Made by a program: the position numbers and the translations under genes. This document shows positions 37,542-47,051 of a stretch of DNA of 64,000 nucleotides, piece after piece; within the stretch, counting starts at the first letter, position 1; each line of letters opens with the position of its first letter. Source of the stretch: an uncultured Acidimicrobiia bacterium (GTDB taxonomy: Bacteria > Actinomycetota > Acidimicrobiia > Spongiisociales > UBA5794); NCBI GenBank assembly GCA_964195545.1, contig CAXMQQ010000005.1:278-64277 (forward strand), read 5' to 3'. The notes beneath the pieces were generated by a model. The model did no database searches. It was not told where the DNA came from and saw only the letters and a program-made list of their open reading frames with translations.

Positions 37542-38597
37542 TCAGGCCGCTTTCCGCTGCTTTCTGCGCCACGCGAGGAACGTACCGGCTCCGATGAAGA
37601 CCTGGGGGAAGTAGGTCAGCGCCCGCCACACCATCACAGCAGCCAGAGCGTCGCTGTTCGCTGCGCCGAACGCAACGAGGATCGCTGTGATCGCTGCGTC
37701 GACCGTTCCGAGACCGCCCGGCGTGATCGGGATGAACGAGGCGAGGCGTCCGAAGGCGTAGGCAACAAGCGCCTCAACAAAGGTCACGGGGGCCGTGGAA
37801 CCACCTTGGATCGCGTAGACCGCCAACCAGAGGATGAGGAACTGCATGAACTGCTGGAAATAGTTCGTTGCGGTGATCCGCAACCAGCGTCCCTTGATGA
37901 CATCAACCGTCGAATTCCGGAAGTCGACCACCCACTCGGTCACGTCGAGGCTCGGCTCCTTCTTGAAGAGTCCGTACGCCCATCCGACGATCCGATCGGC
38001 GAATCGACCGATCTTCCGTGCGCTGTTCTCGCTCCAGAAGATCGCCACGAAGAGGGCCACGATGCCCACGATCGCGATTAGTCCGATACCGGCGAGTGCG
38101 TATGCCTGGCTGGTTCCCTGACCGATGATGACGAGAGCGACGGCGCCGATGACGGGGAGACTGAGTGTTACGAACGTGTTCCAGGTGCTCGTGATTCCGA
38201 TTGCAGCGGTGGTCTCCGCCGCCCCGTATCTGTAGGAACTGAGCATGGCGTACTGGATAGCGAGTCCGAATGCACCACCGGCCGGGATCACATTGCTGAT
38301 CAGGAACGAGGTCTGGCGAACGACGAACCCGGGTCCGTACTTCAGACCGGGGAGTGCCGCCTGATACGGCCAGACGTAGACGATGATGAGAATGACCGTG
38401 GCAATAACCAGGAACACCAGGGCGACCGTCGACATCTTCTGCACGGCGTCCCAGGCTTCTCCATAATCGGCGAACTGCGGAAACACCACCCCGAACACGA
38501 AGACGAGCGTGACCAGCGTGATGATCCCGGCGATGATCTGCTTCTTCTTGTTGGTCTTGTTCGGCGCCGGAAGTGCCGCAGCTGGGTCGTTGGTCAT
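37542..38597 (-). CDS. UPF0104 / lysylphosphatidylglycerol-synthase-TM-region (flippase-like) membrane protein
   Basis: Polytopic with C-terminal PGGLGTVDAAITAILVAFG. Start re-set to ATG 38597. Confidence 0.7.
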   Translation of the reverse strand: MTNDPAAALPAPNKTNKKKQIIAGIITLVTLVFVFGVVFPQFADYGEAWDAVQKMSTVALVFLVIATVILIIVYVWPYQAALPGLKYGPGFVVRQTSFLISNVIPAGGAFGLAIQYAMLSSYRYGAAETTAAIGITSTWNTFVTLSLPVIGAVALVIIGQGTSQAYALAGIGLIAIVGIVALFVAIFWSENSARKIGRFADRIVGWAYGLFKKEPSLDVTEWVVDFRNSTVDVIKGRWLRITATNYFQQFMQFLILWLAVYAIQGGSTAPVTFVEALVAYAFGRLASFIPITPGGLGTVDAAITAILVAFGAANSDALAAVMVWRALTYFPQVFIGAGTFLAWRRKQRKAA

Positions 38598-38653
38598 AGG
38601 CGAGAGTCTAGATCCAAGAGGGCACCGGGCAACGAGAGATCTGCGCCGGAGCC

Positions 38654-38681
38654 CTGTCTGGGAACTGGAGACTGAGGACTG
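38654..38681. repeat. heptad array CTGTCTG GGAACTG GAGACTG AGGACTG
   Basis: 7-nt phasing of ...ACTG read directly in the divergent intergenic region. Confidence 0.6.
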
Positions 38682-38725
38682 CGAAGCCGGGGAATCCCAC
38701 AAGGGAAGATGGCGTTGGGCGATGT

Positions 38726-39778
38726 ATGAGCTCTGTACGGGTGCGCACTGGCTTAGGAGTCCTGGGCCTGGCTGTGCTCGTCACGGCAGTGGCGGCTGTG
38801 CTGATGAGAGCACCGTCTCAGACCGGCGGTCCTCTTGCGCAGACCCCGACGCCCGATATCACAGTTGTCCGGAGCCATCCCGGCGACGTGTACGACCCGG
38901 TGAAAGCAGGAGAACCGACCCCTCCCGGGTACCGGCAGCTACTGCATCGGGATCAGATCCTGCCCGTATACGACCCGGTCTTCACGTCCGCCAGCCTGGT
39001 CGACTGGCCTGCCGGGATGCTGGTCATTGGGATCGCCGGAGAAGAGACAGCGAAGGCATACCCGGTGACCCACCTGAACCAGAGAGAGATGGTGATCGAC
39101 TCCCTGGAGGGCACACCGCTGCTGGTCAGTTGGTGACCGATTTGCGGTACGGCGATGGTCCATCGCCGAGAGCTCAACGGCGCCGTGCTCACGCTTGGCA
39201 ATCAAGGTGCCCTCTGGGGCAACGCCATGACGTGGTGGGACCACGACACCGGATCTATCTGGAGTCAGCCGCTCGGCGAGGCGATTCTGGGACCGAGGAA
39301 AGGGGAACGGCTAGAGCTCTTCCCTTCGACACTCACCACATGGGAAGCCTGGCTGGGAGCCCACCCCGAGTCGTTCGCCCTCGATGTACACGCATGGCGA
39401 ACAGCGTTCGATCTGGCAGACATGGCGATCGTCGTCGACCTGGGTACGGAGACCGTCGCATACCGGATACCCGCTCTTCGGGAGATCGGCGTTGTCAGCG
39501 ACGTCGTCGCAGGCCTCGAGATTGCCGTGGTGATCGATCCAAATGACGCGGCACGGTGGGCGGTGTTCAGCAGACGAATCGACAGTGCGGTGGTCGACTT
39601 GGTCCTGACTCCTGATGGTCTCGTCGATTCGGTATCTGGAACCGTATTCGATCCGTTCCTCGGGGTCGGACGATCCGGATCACTCGCCGATCAGACTCTA
39701 AACAGGCTGCCGGGTTTCACTTCGTTCCCGGACGACTACGTGGCGTTCTTCCCTGACGGCCGGATTTGGCCCGAATAG
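38726..39778 (+). CDS. DUF3179 domain protein with in-frame TGA at 39134..39136 (candidate Sec, UPIC in place of CPxC)
   Basis: Track ORFs 38726..39136 and 39155..39778 are in the same frame. The joined translation ...AKAYPVTHL...GTPLLVSW-TGA-PICGTAMVHRRELNG...LWGNAMTWWDHDTGSIWSQPLGEA matches the DUF3179 core. N-terminal signal/anchor present. Confidence 0.7.
39150..39168 (+). other. candidate SECIS hairpin for the DUF3179 gene
   Basis: C-GGCGATG [GTC] CATCGCC-G starts 17 nt after the U of UGA. G/U bases in the apical loop lie about 24 nt downstream. Confidence 0.45.
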
Positions 39779-39817
39779 ACGATAGGTAGCCGGCGCCCCC
39801 GCATGAGAAGCCGCGAG

Positions 39818-40612
39818 TCAGCCGTGGAGGCCGTTCAGCTCCGTTTGGGTCACGTCGGAGGGGAGCTTGCCGACGATGATCATGCCGAGGACATCGTCCA
39901 TCGTCACATCGTCCTTGTTGACCGTGCCAACGAGCTTGCCCTGCAGCATCACACTGATTCGATCTGCAAGATCAAAGACGTCATGGATGTCGTGGCTGAT
40001 CAGGAAGATGCCGATCCCCTCAGCCTTCAGCTGCATGATCAGTTCACCCACTTGGGTAGTCTCGGCTGGTCCCAGTGCAGCCGTCGGCTCATCCATGATG
40101 ATGATCCTGGCGTTGTAGTAGACCGACTTCGCGATGGCGACAGACTGCCGTTGACCACCCGACAGCGAACTCACTGGCACCTTCAGATTCGTGAATTTGG
40201 GATTCAGCCTCGCCATCACCTCGCGTGTTGCGGATTCCATCGCGGAGTCGTCAAGAGTTCCCCAACGGGTCCGCAACTCTCGCCCGAGAAACATGTTCCC
40301 CGGCGAGTCGATGTTCTCGGCAAGAGCAAGTGTCTGATAGATCGTCTCGATCCCGAGCGCCTTGGCATCTCTGGGATTGTCGATGGTGACCTTCTCGCCA
40401 CCGATCCTGATCTCCCCCGAATCCGCACGGTGGGCTCCTGACAAGGTCTTGATCAGCGTGGTCTTGCCGGCACCGTTTCCACCGACGAGAGCTACGACCT
40501 CTCCCGCGTGGAGGTCGACGGAAACCCCGTCAACGGCATGCACACCACCGAAGGCGACTCTGATGTCCCTCATCTCGACGAGGGGACCCTGCTGGGTGGA
40601 TTCCTGCGTCAT
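39818..40612 (-). CDS. sugar (CUT2-type) ABC transporter ATP-binding protein, single NBD
   Basis: Walker [10 protein letters not shown], signature LSGGQRQS and Walker B IIMDEP. Start re-set to ATG 40612. Confidence 0.9.
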   Translation of the reverse strand: MTQESTQQGPLVEMRDIRVAFGGVHAVDGVSVDLHAGEVVALVGGNGAGKTTLIKTLSGAHRADSGEIRIGGEKVTIDNPRDAKALGIETIYQTLALAENIDSPGNMFLGRELRTRWGTLDDSAMESATREVMARLNPKFTNLKVPVSSLSGGQRQSVAIAKSVYYNARIIIMDEPTAALGPAETTQVGELIMQLKAEGIGIFLISHDIHDVFDLADRISVMLQGKLVGTVNKDDVTMDDVLGMIIVGKLPSDVTQTELNGLHG

Positions 40613-40616
40613 GTCG

Positions 40617-42011
40617 CTACGTCGCCTTCCTCCGGTAGAGACTGTCCAACGCAACCGCACCGATCAACACGATGCCGACCACGATGTCCTGGAGTGGTGC
40701 ATCGACTCCCATCAGGACCATCCCCGACACCAACGACTGCATCACGAGGGCGCCGAGTATCGCGCCGGGAATCGTGCCGACTCCACCGGAGAGCGATGTT
40801 CCCCCGATCACCGCAGCGGCGATGACATAGAGTTCGGCAAGTTGGCCCATGCCGCTCGTGGCGGCGTTGAGACGTGCGATCTGAACGGAGGCAGCGATCG
40901 AGACGAGAACGCCCATCAGCATGAACGTCTTGACGATCGTCCAGCGGGTCTTCACGCCGGCGAGTACGGCCGCTTCCGGATTGCCTCCGAGGGCGTATAC
41001 GTAGCGACCGTAGCGAGTGCGCGTCGCCGTGAACTGCATCACGAGGGCCACAATGATGGTGAGCAACACCGGAGTAGCGAGACCAAGAGGGATGCTAAGA
41101 CCCCCAGGAGGCCAGGCGATACCATTCTCCTCGGCGTACTTCATCGCGAGACGTTCCGGCATGGGGTAGCTATTGATGACGGCGATCGCACCGATCACGA
41201 CGACGCATGCGACGACCGCGACACCGACCTCCGCCCACATGGGTCGGGGTTCGAATCCGTGCTTGATCCGCTGACGGCGTCGCACAACGAGCAGAGCAAC
41301 GATGCCGAAGCAGGCCGCCCCTCCGATGATCCATGTCCAGGTTCCACCGATCGTTCCTCGGGCGCCGCCCCCGAAGATCTGGAATGTCTTGTCCATGGGA
41401 GCGATTGTGCGTCCACTCGCCATCCACCATGCAGCACCGCGCCAGACGAGGAGGCCACCGAGTGTGACAATGAACGACGGTACGCCGACATAGGCGACAA
41501 CGACACCCTGGAGTCCGCCCATCGCTGCCCCGAGCGCTATCCCAGCCGCGAGCGACAGGATCCAGATAGCCGGATGACCGATGCCGAAGAGATCCGGAAG
41601 GATCTCGGTCTGGAGGAGGGCCATCGCCATGCCGACGGCCGCAAGCATCGATCCGACAGAGAGATCGATGTTCCGAGTAACGATAATCAGCACCATCCCC
41701 GTCGCCATCATGGCGACGACCGACGTCTGAACGGTGAGGTTCCAGAGGTTGCGCGCCGTCAGGAACGTGCCGCCGGACATGATATTGAAGCCGATCCAGA
41801 GGACGATCAGCGCGCCGACCATGCCGAGGAGACGGGTATCGATCTCGGCAGTGCGAATGAGTCCGCCGATGGACCGCGATCCATCGGCTCCGACTGCTGT
41901 GGGCTCCGTCAGTTGCCCGGCACTCCCACGGCCGTCGTCGGCTGGCTCGTCCCCGTTCGTGCTAGGCGTATCTCCCACAGTGCGCGATACCTTAAACCGT
42001 TCGGATGGCAA
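40617..42011 (-). CDS. sugar ABC transporter permease (XylH/RbsC-like)
   Basis: Polytopic. The GTxLxGGxGS-like segment [11 protein letters not shown] is typical of CUT2 permeases. The N-terminal ~60 aa are low-complexity, so the start is uncertain. Confidence 0.82.
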   Translation of the reverse strand: MPSERFKVSRTVGDTPSTNGDEPADDGRGSAGQLTEPTAVGADGSRSIGGLIRTAEIDTRLLGMVGALIVLWIGFNIMSGGTFLTARNLWNLTVQTSVVAMMATGMVLIIVTRNIDLSVGSMLAAVGMAMALLQTEILPDLFGIGHPAIWILSLAAGIALGAAMGGLQGVVVAYVGVPSFIVTLGGLLVWRGAAWWMASGRTIAPMDKTFQIFGGGARGTIGGTWTWIIGGAACFGIVALLVVRRRQRIKHGFEPRPMWAEVGVAVVACVVVIGAIAVINSYPMPERLAMKYAEENGIAWPPGGLSIPLGLATPVLLTIIVALVMQFTATRTRYGRYVYALGGNPEAAVLAGVKTRWTIVKTFMLMGVLVSIAASVQIARLNAATSGMGQLAELYVIAAAVIGGTSLSGGVGTIPGAILGALVMQSLVSGMVLMGVDAPLQDIVVGIVLIGAVALDSLYRRKAT

Positions 42012-42088
42012 GCCAGAAATGAGAGGACCACGCCCACGGAGCGTGGGCGTGGTCCTCTTCGATCGACGAGATGTCGGCTACGCGGTGT

Positions 42089-43192
42089 CTACGGACAGAC
42101 CGCCACGGAACCGGCTTCAACGTCCTTGCAGAGATCCTCAACGGTGATCCATCCAGCCGTTACGACCAGATCCAGGTTGTCGGCCTTGATCGGAATCGGC
42201 GAGAGAAGGATCGAGTACATTTTGTTGCCTCCGGGCGTGTCGAACTGCACCATCGATGGCACGTCCTCCAGCGCCGTACCCGCGGCCAACAGCGCGGCGA
42301 CCTCACCGGCCGTCTTGCCGAGCAGACGGGCATCCTTCCACACTGACACGGTCTGCGTGCCGAGGGCAACACGGTTCAGAGCGGCACCGTCGCCGTCCTG
42401 ACCGGACACCGGAACGACACCGTCGAGACCCTGCGCTGCGAGAGCAGCAACAACCCCGCCGGCCGTACCATCGTTGGAAGCGACGACAGCCTGGACATCG
42501 TTGTCGAGTTCCGTGAGGAACTGCTCCATGTTGGTCTGTGCGACCTCAGGGGCCCAGTTGTCCGTGTAGGACTCGCCGACGATGACTACGTCACCGGCGT
42601 CGATGGCGTCCTGCAGGATCTCTTGCTGACCGCCACGCAGGAAGTCTGCGTTCGCGTCGGCAGCATTGCCCTTGATCATGACGTAGTTGCCCGCCGGAAC
42701 CGCTTCGAGGATCGCCCGTGCCTGCATCCGTCCTACTTCGACATTGTCGAACGTGATGTAGAACGCGCCCGGATCCTCAATGAGACGGTCGTACGCGATA
42801 ACCGGGATTCCTTGGTCAATAGCGCTTTGCACCGCCGGCTTGATGGCCGTGCCGTCCTGAGCAAGAATGATCAGCGCCTGAGCGCCTTGCGCAATCAGGT
42901 TCTCGACATCTGCGATCTGCTGCTCGGGTGAGGAGCCGGCATCTGCTGAGATGTAAGTGGCTCCGGCCGCTGCGAGGGCGGCCTTGATGTCAGGCTCATC
43001 CCACTTCGCCCAACGCTCTTCGTTGTAGTTGTTCCAGGAAACGCCGACGATGAGCTCGTCGGCCATGGCCTCTGTCGTCGTAGTCGCTTCTGCACCTGCG
43101 GTCGTCGTCGTGTCATCGCTATCACTGCTGCATGCAGCAACGATCATTGCGAACACGGCGAGCAACACGAGAAGTTTGATACTTCGCTTCAT
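42089..43192 (-). CDS. sugar ABC transporter substrate-binding lipoprotein (XylF-like periplasmic binding protein type I)
   Basis: Lipobox VAACSS followed by a PBP1 fold pattern. Start re-set to ATG 43192 after GGAGGG. Confidence 0.85.
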   Translation of the reverse strand: MKRSIKLLVLLAVFAMIVAACSSDSDDTTTTAGAEATTTTEAMADELIVGVSWNNYNEERWAKWDEPDIKAALAAAGATYISADAGSSPEQQIADVENLIAQGAQALIILAQDGTAIKPAVQSAIDQGIPVIAYDRLIEDPGAFYITFDNVEVGRMQARAILEAVPAGNYVMIKGNAADANADFLRGGQQEILQDAIDAGDVVIVGESYTDNWAPEVAQTNMEQFLTELDNDVQAVVASNDGTAGGVVAALAAQGLDGVVPVSGQDGDGAALNRVALGTQTVSVWKDARLLGKTAGEVAALLAAGTALEDVPSMVQFDTPGGNKMYSILLSPIPIKADNLDLVVTAGWITVEDLCKDVEAGSVAVCP

Positions 43193-43491
43193 TTGCCCTC
43201 CATATACGTAGTGAGCGCTCGTGCGCTCACACTGCTCCAAATGGTACTCCCGATTCAGTATTGTGACTAGGTCAATGTCGCTTTTATCGGTGCTCGGCGC
43301 GTCTTGACGGACTCAGTGACGGGCCAACGCTCGCGGAGCAACAGCACACCGCGTTGAATCTCGTTCCCGGGGTTCGGGCTACGCTGCGTATCGCTCACGA
43401 CCGCTGACATTCCTCGATGACGCTCGGTGCGAAGAGAACCGCTCCGGCGGTGGATACGGTAGTGGTGAACAGGTCGGAGAAGGGGCGCCTG

Positions 43492-45366
43492 ATGGCGAAC
43501 ACACGAGCGAGATGGCTGACCGCGGCGGTCGGCGCACTTCTCGTGGCTGGCATGGTCCTGGGAGGGTTCCTTCTCTTCAATTCCGGCGAGGACGAGACCG
43601 TCTGTCCCCCGATCCACGAGCATCCAGAGTGGTCGGTGGCCCGCCGTTGGAATGAGGTTCTCCTCGATGCCATTCGCCGAGATCTCCCTGCACCGACGGT
43701 CCACAGTCGAAATCTCTATCACACCTCGACAGCGATGTGGGATGCCTGGGCCGCCTACGACTCGAAGGCCATTGGTATATTTGTCGATGAACAACAGGGC
43801 ACCTCGAACGTCGATGCCGATCGCGACGAGGCCGTCAGCTATGCCGCTTTCCGGGTACTCGAGGCCCGCTACCTCGATTCGGTCGGCGCGACCGAAACGA
43901 TCCCCGAGTTCGACCGACTCATGGAAGACCTCTGCTACTCGACCGACGTCACAACAACCGCGGGAGATACCCCCGCGGCGCTTGGGAATCGAATCGCTGG
44001 GTTCATCCTCGATTCGGGGGTGGCCGACGGCTCCAACGAGGCCGAGGGATATGCTTCCCCGGGCTTCGACGTTGTCAATCCACCACTCATCGTCGACGCG
44101 TCCGGAACGACGCTGATCGATCCGAATCGCTGGCAGCCCCTCCAGATCCAGCACATGATCTCGCAGAACGGGATCGAGCTCGAGAACGGTGTCCAGGAGT
44201 CCATCGATCCGCATTGGGGCCATGTGGTTGGATTCGCGCTTCCGCCGGCTGGCGAGACCGGCGTACCGGTCGACCCGGGCGATCCTCCGTACGCCCATGA
44301 TCCCGAGACCGATCAGGAGTACAAGGACGCGGCGGTTGAGGTCGTTGGCTACAGCAGCGTGCTCGATCCCACCTTCGGCGTCATGGTGGACATCTCGCCC
44401 GCCACGGTCGGCGCCAACTCGCTCGGAACAAACGACGGTACCGGATACGACGTCAACCCGGCGGCCGGGGTGCCGTACGAACCCAACATCGTCAACCAGG
44501 GAGACTTCGGGCGAACCGTCGCCGAGTTCTGGGCCGACGGCCCCGACTCGGAGACACCGCCGGGTCACTGGAACACGGTGGCCAATGCTGTCACCGAAGC
44601 ACTCGGCGAGAACCTGCGCATCGGAGGGACCGGCGAACCCGTCGACGCGCTGGAATGGGACGTCAAGCTCTACCTCGCCCTGAACGGTGCGAACCACGAC
44701 GCAGCGATTGCCGCGTGGGGTGCCAAGGGCTACTACGACTACATCCGCCCTATTTCGATGATTCGATGGATGGGCGGCAACGGTCAATCGAGTGATCCCG
44801 ATGGCTCGTCGTATTCCGAGGATGGCCTCCCGCTCCAGGACGGTCTCGTCGAGGTGATCACCGCTGAGTCGACGGCTCCTGGTGGGCGTCACGCTGAACT
44901 TGCCGGCCATGAGGGCGAGATTGCGGTCCTGTCCTATGCGGGAAATCCGCCGGATCCCGAAACCGAGATCGGCGGCGTGGAATGGATCCTCGCGATCGAC
45001 TGGGTTCCGTACCAGGCTCCGACGTTCGTCACACCGTCGTTCTCCGGATACGTGTCTGGCCACAGCACGTTCAGTCGGGCGTCCGCCGAGGTCCTCACCG
45101 GCATCACCGGCAGTGAGTTCTTCCCCGGAGGACTCGGCGAGTGGGGCATCGCGTCCGACTCGCTCAAGTTCGAAGCCGGGACCGCGAACGGTATCACACT
45201 GCAGTGGGCGACCTACCAGGACGCGTCGGATCAAGCTGGCGTATCGCGGCTCTACGGCGGGATCCATGTCCGTGCGGATGATTTCGCCGGACGCGTGATG
45301 GGAGCTGAAATCGGGCAGGCGGCATGGGCGCTTGCACAGTTCTACTACGGAGATACCACCGAATGA
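43492..45366 (+). CDS. secreted PAP2-superfamily / vanadium-haloperoxidase-like protein
   Basis: All three PAP2 motifs are visible: KGYYDYIRP (Kx6RP), VSGHS (PSGH-like) and SRLYGGIHVRADD (SRx5Hx3D). N-terminal TM/signal. Start re-set to ATG 43492. Confidence 0.72.
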   Translation: MANTRARWLTAAVGALLVAGMVLGGFLLFNSGEDETVCPPIHEHPEWSVARRWNEVLLDAIRRDLPAPTVHSRNLYHTSTAMWDAWAAYDSKAIGIFVDEQQGTSNVDADRDEAVSYAAFRVLEARYLDSVGATETIPEFDRLMEDLCYSTDVTTTAGDTPAALGNRIAGFILDSGVADGSNEAEGYASPGFDVVNPPLIVDASGTTLIDPNRWQPLQIQHMISQNGIELENGVQESIDPHWGHVVGFALPPAGETGVPVDPGDPPYAHDPETDQEYKDAAVEVVGYSSVLDPTFGVMVDISPATVGANSLGTNDGTGYDVNPAAGVPYEPNIVNQGDFGRTVAEFWADGPDSETPPGHWNTVANAVTEALGENLRIGGTGEPVDALEWDVKLYLALNGANHDAAIAAWGAKGYYDYIRPISMIRWMGGNGQSSDPDGSSYSEDGLPLQDGLVEVITAESTAPGGRHAELAGHEGEIAVLSYAGNPPDPETEIGGVEWILAIDWVPYQAPTFVTPSFSGYVSGHSTFSRASAEVLTGITGSEFFPGGLGEWGIASDSLKFEAGTANGITLQWATYQDASDQAGVSRLYGGIHVRADDFAGRVMGAEIGQAAWALAQFYYGDTTE

Positions 45367-45394
45367 CTCGAGTCACGCTGCGAACAGCTGCGCG

Positions 45395-47047
45395 ATGAAT
45401 AGGAAGAGATGGCTCATAGCGGGTGCCGTTGCCCTCGTCGTGGCAATGGGGATCGGAGCCGTTGTCGTACTGACTTCAGCCGGTGCTACTGCACCCACCG
45501 TCGCAATGGAGGCGCCGCGCTTCGTCGCGGAGGCCGAGGTGGCGGGCGTCGACCACTCCTACGACGGTGACTGGACGTTCTTCGTCGGCGGGGGAGTCGC
45601 CGTCTTCGACTGCAACGAGGATCGAAGGCCGGACCTCTACTTCGCCGGCGGAGCCAACCCCGCTGGCCTCTATCTCAACGACAGCCCGATCGGCGGTTCG
45701 CTCCGATTCACCGAGGTTCACGACACCGGCACGGATCTGACCGAGGTCACCGGGGCTTACCCGGTCGACCTCGACTCGGACGGGCACATCGACCTCGCCG
45801 TGCTGCGCTTCGGAGAGAACATACTCTTCCGGGGAATCGGCGAATGTCGGTTCGAGCGCGCCAATGAGGATCTTGCGTTCGACGGCGGCGACGAGTGGAC
45901 CGCAGGGTTCAGCGCAACGTGGGAGGGATCGAACGAGATCCCGACCCTCGCCGTCGGAATGTACGTCGAACTCGATGACGACGGGCGGCAGAACGGCGAA
46001 TGCTCCGACAACCTCATGTTCCGGCCAGAAGGAGCCACCTACGCGGCTCCGACTCTCCTGAGCCCCGGATGGTGCACGCTGTCGCTCCTCTTCAGCGACT
46101 GGGACCGCTCGGGACGACGCGACCTGCGCGTCGCCAACGACAGGCACTACTACCGCGACGGCGAGGAGCAACTCTGGCGCATCGAGGAGGGGCAGACCCC
46201 CCGCCTCTACACCAGGGACGACGGCTGGAAGAAGCTCCAGATCTGGGGGATGGGAATCGCAACTCACGATGTCACCGGCGACGGACTCCCCGAGGTGTAC
46301 CTGACCAGCCAGGGTGATAACAAGTTCCAGGAACTCAGCGACGGCTCGTCCCAACCGACCTACAGCGATATCGCGATCCGGCGCGGCCTCACCGCCCATC
46401 GTCCGTTCACCGGCGGTGACATCATGCCGTCGACCGGATGGCACCCCGAATTCCAGGACGTGAACAACGACGGCTTCACCGACCTCTTCCTCTCGAAAGG
46501 CAATGTCAACGCGATGCCCGAGTATGCAGCGGAGGACCCGAACAACCTCCTCCTCGGCCAACCCGATGGGACGTTCGTCGACAGCGCCGTCGAGGCCGGG
46601 ATCGTTCACTACGACCGCAGCCGAGGCGCAGCGCTGGTTGACCTCAATCTCGACGGCATGCTCGACCTCGTCGAAGTGAACCGGGTCGAGAGTGTGAACA
46701 TCTGGCGAAACGTAGGTTGGGGGGATACCGCAAGCCCCACACCCATGGGCAACTGGGTCGCCGTTCAACTCGAACAGCAGGACGTCAATGTCGATGCAAT
46801 CGGCTCGTGGGTCGAGGTGCGGATCGGTGACCATGTGATGCAGCAGGAAGTAAGCATCGGAGGTGGCCACGCCGGCGATCAACTCGGTTGGATCCACTTC
46901 GGACTCGGCCCTTCGGACGCAGCCGAGATCCGCGTGCAGTGGCCGGACGGTGAGATGGGGCCATGGCTGAAGGTCGATGCCAATCAGTTCATCACCATCG
47001 ACCGGGGACGCGCGGAAGCCAAGGCCTGGGTTCCGGAACAGAGCTGA
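45395..47047 (+). CDS. FG-GAP/VCBS repeat protein with C-terminal ASPIC/UnbV domain (CRTAC1 family)
   Basis: Repeated DxDxDGxxD-type motifs (DLDSDGHIDL, DVNNDGFTDL, DLNLDGMLDL). C-terminus GSWVEVRIG...IGGGHAG...IHFGLG...VQWPDG. Confidence 0.8.
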   Translation: MNRKRWLIAGAVALVVAMGIGAVVVLTSAGATAPTVAMEAPRFVAEAEVAGVDHSYDGDWTFFVGGGVAVFDCNEDRRPDLYFAGGANPAGLYLNDSPIGGSLRFTEVHDTGTDLTEVTGAYPVDLDSDGHIDLAVLRFGENILFRGIGECRFERANEDLAFDGGDEWTAGFSATWEGSNEIPTLAVGMYVELDDDGRQNGECSDNLMFRPEGATYAAPTLLSPGWCTLSLLFSDWDRSGRRDLRVANDRHYYRDGEEQLWRIEEGQTPRLYTRDDGWKKLQIWGMGIATHDVTGDGLPEVYLTSQGDNKFQELSDGSSQPTYSDIAIRRGLTAHRPFTGGDIMPSTGWHPEFQDVNNDGFTDLFLSKGNVNAMPEYAAEDPNNLLLGQPDGTFVDSAVEAGIVHYDRSRGAALVDLNLDGMLDLVEVNRVESVNIWRNVGWGDTASPTPMGNWVAVQLEQQDVNVDAIGSWVEVRIGDHVMQQEVSIGGGHAGDQLGWIHFGLGPSDAAEIRVQWPDGEMGPWLKVDANQFITIDRGRAEAKAWVPEQS

Positions 47048-47051
47048 GATT

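Noticed and set aside
41245-41262. GGGGTTCGAATCCGTG, a tRNA T-arm-like motif.
   Set aside because: The flanking stem bases are not complementary (CGGGG vs CCGTG), no acceptor or anticodon arms can be drawn, and it lies inside the sugar permease CDS.
43267-45267. Very long ORFs on the opposite strand of well-supported genes. Examples: 666 aa at 43267..45267 (-), 679 aa at 40362..42401 (+), 473 aa at 45476..46897 (-), 383 aa at 2059..3210 (-), and 378 aa at 5308..6444 (+).
   Set aside because: Their Arg/Pro/Gly-rich, low-complexity composition is typical of antisense frames in high-GC DNA. Each fully overlaps a gene with clear family motifs on the other strand, and none shows a recognisable motif.
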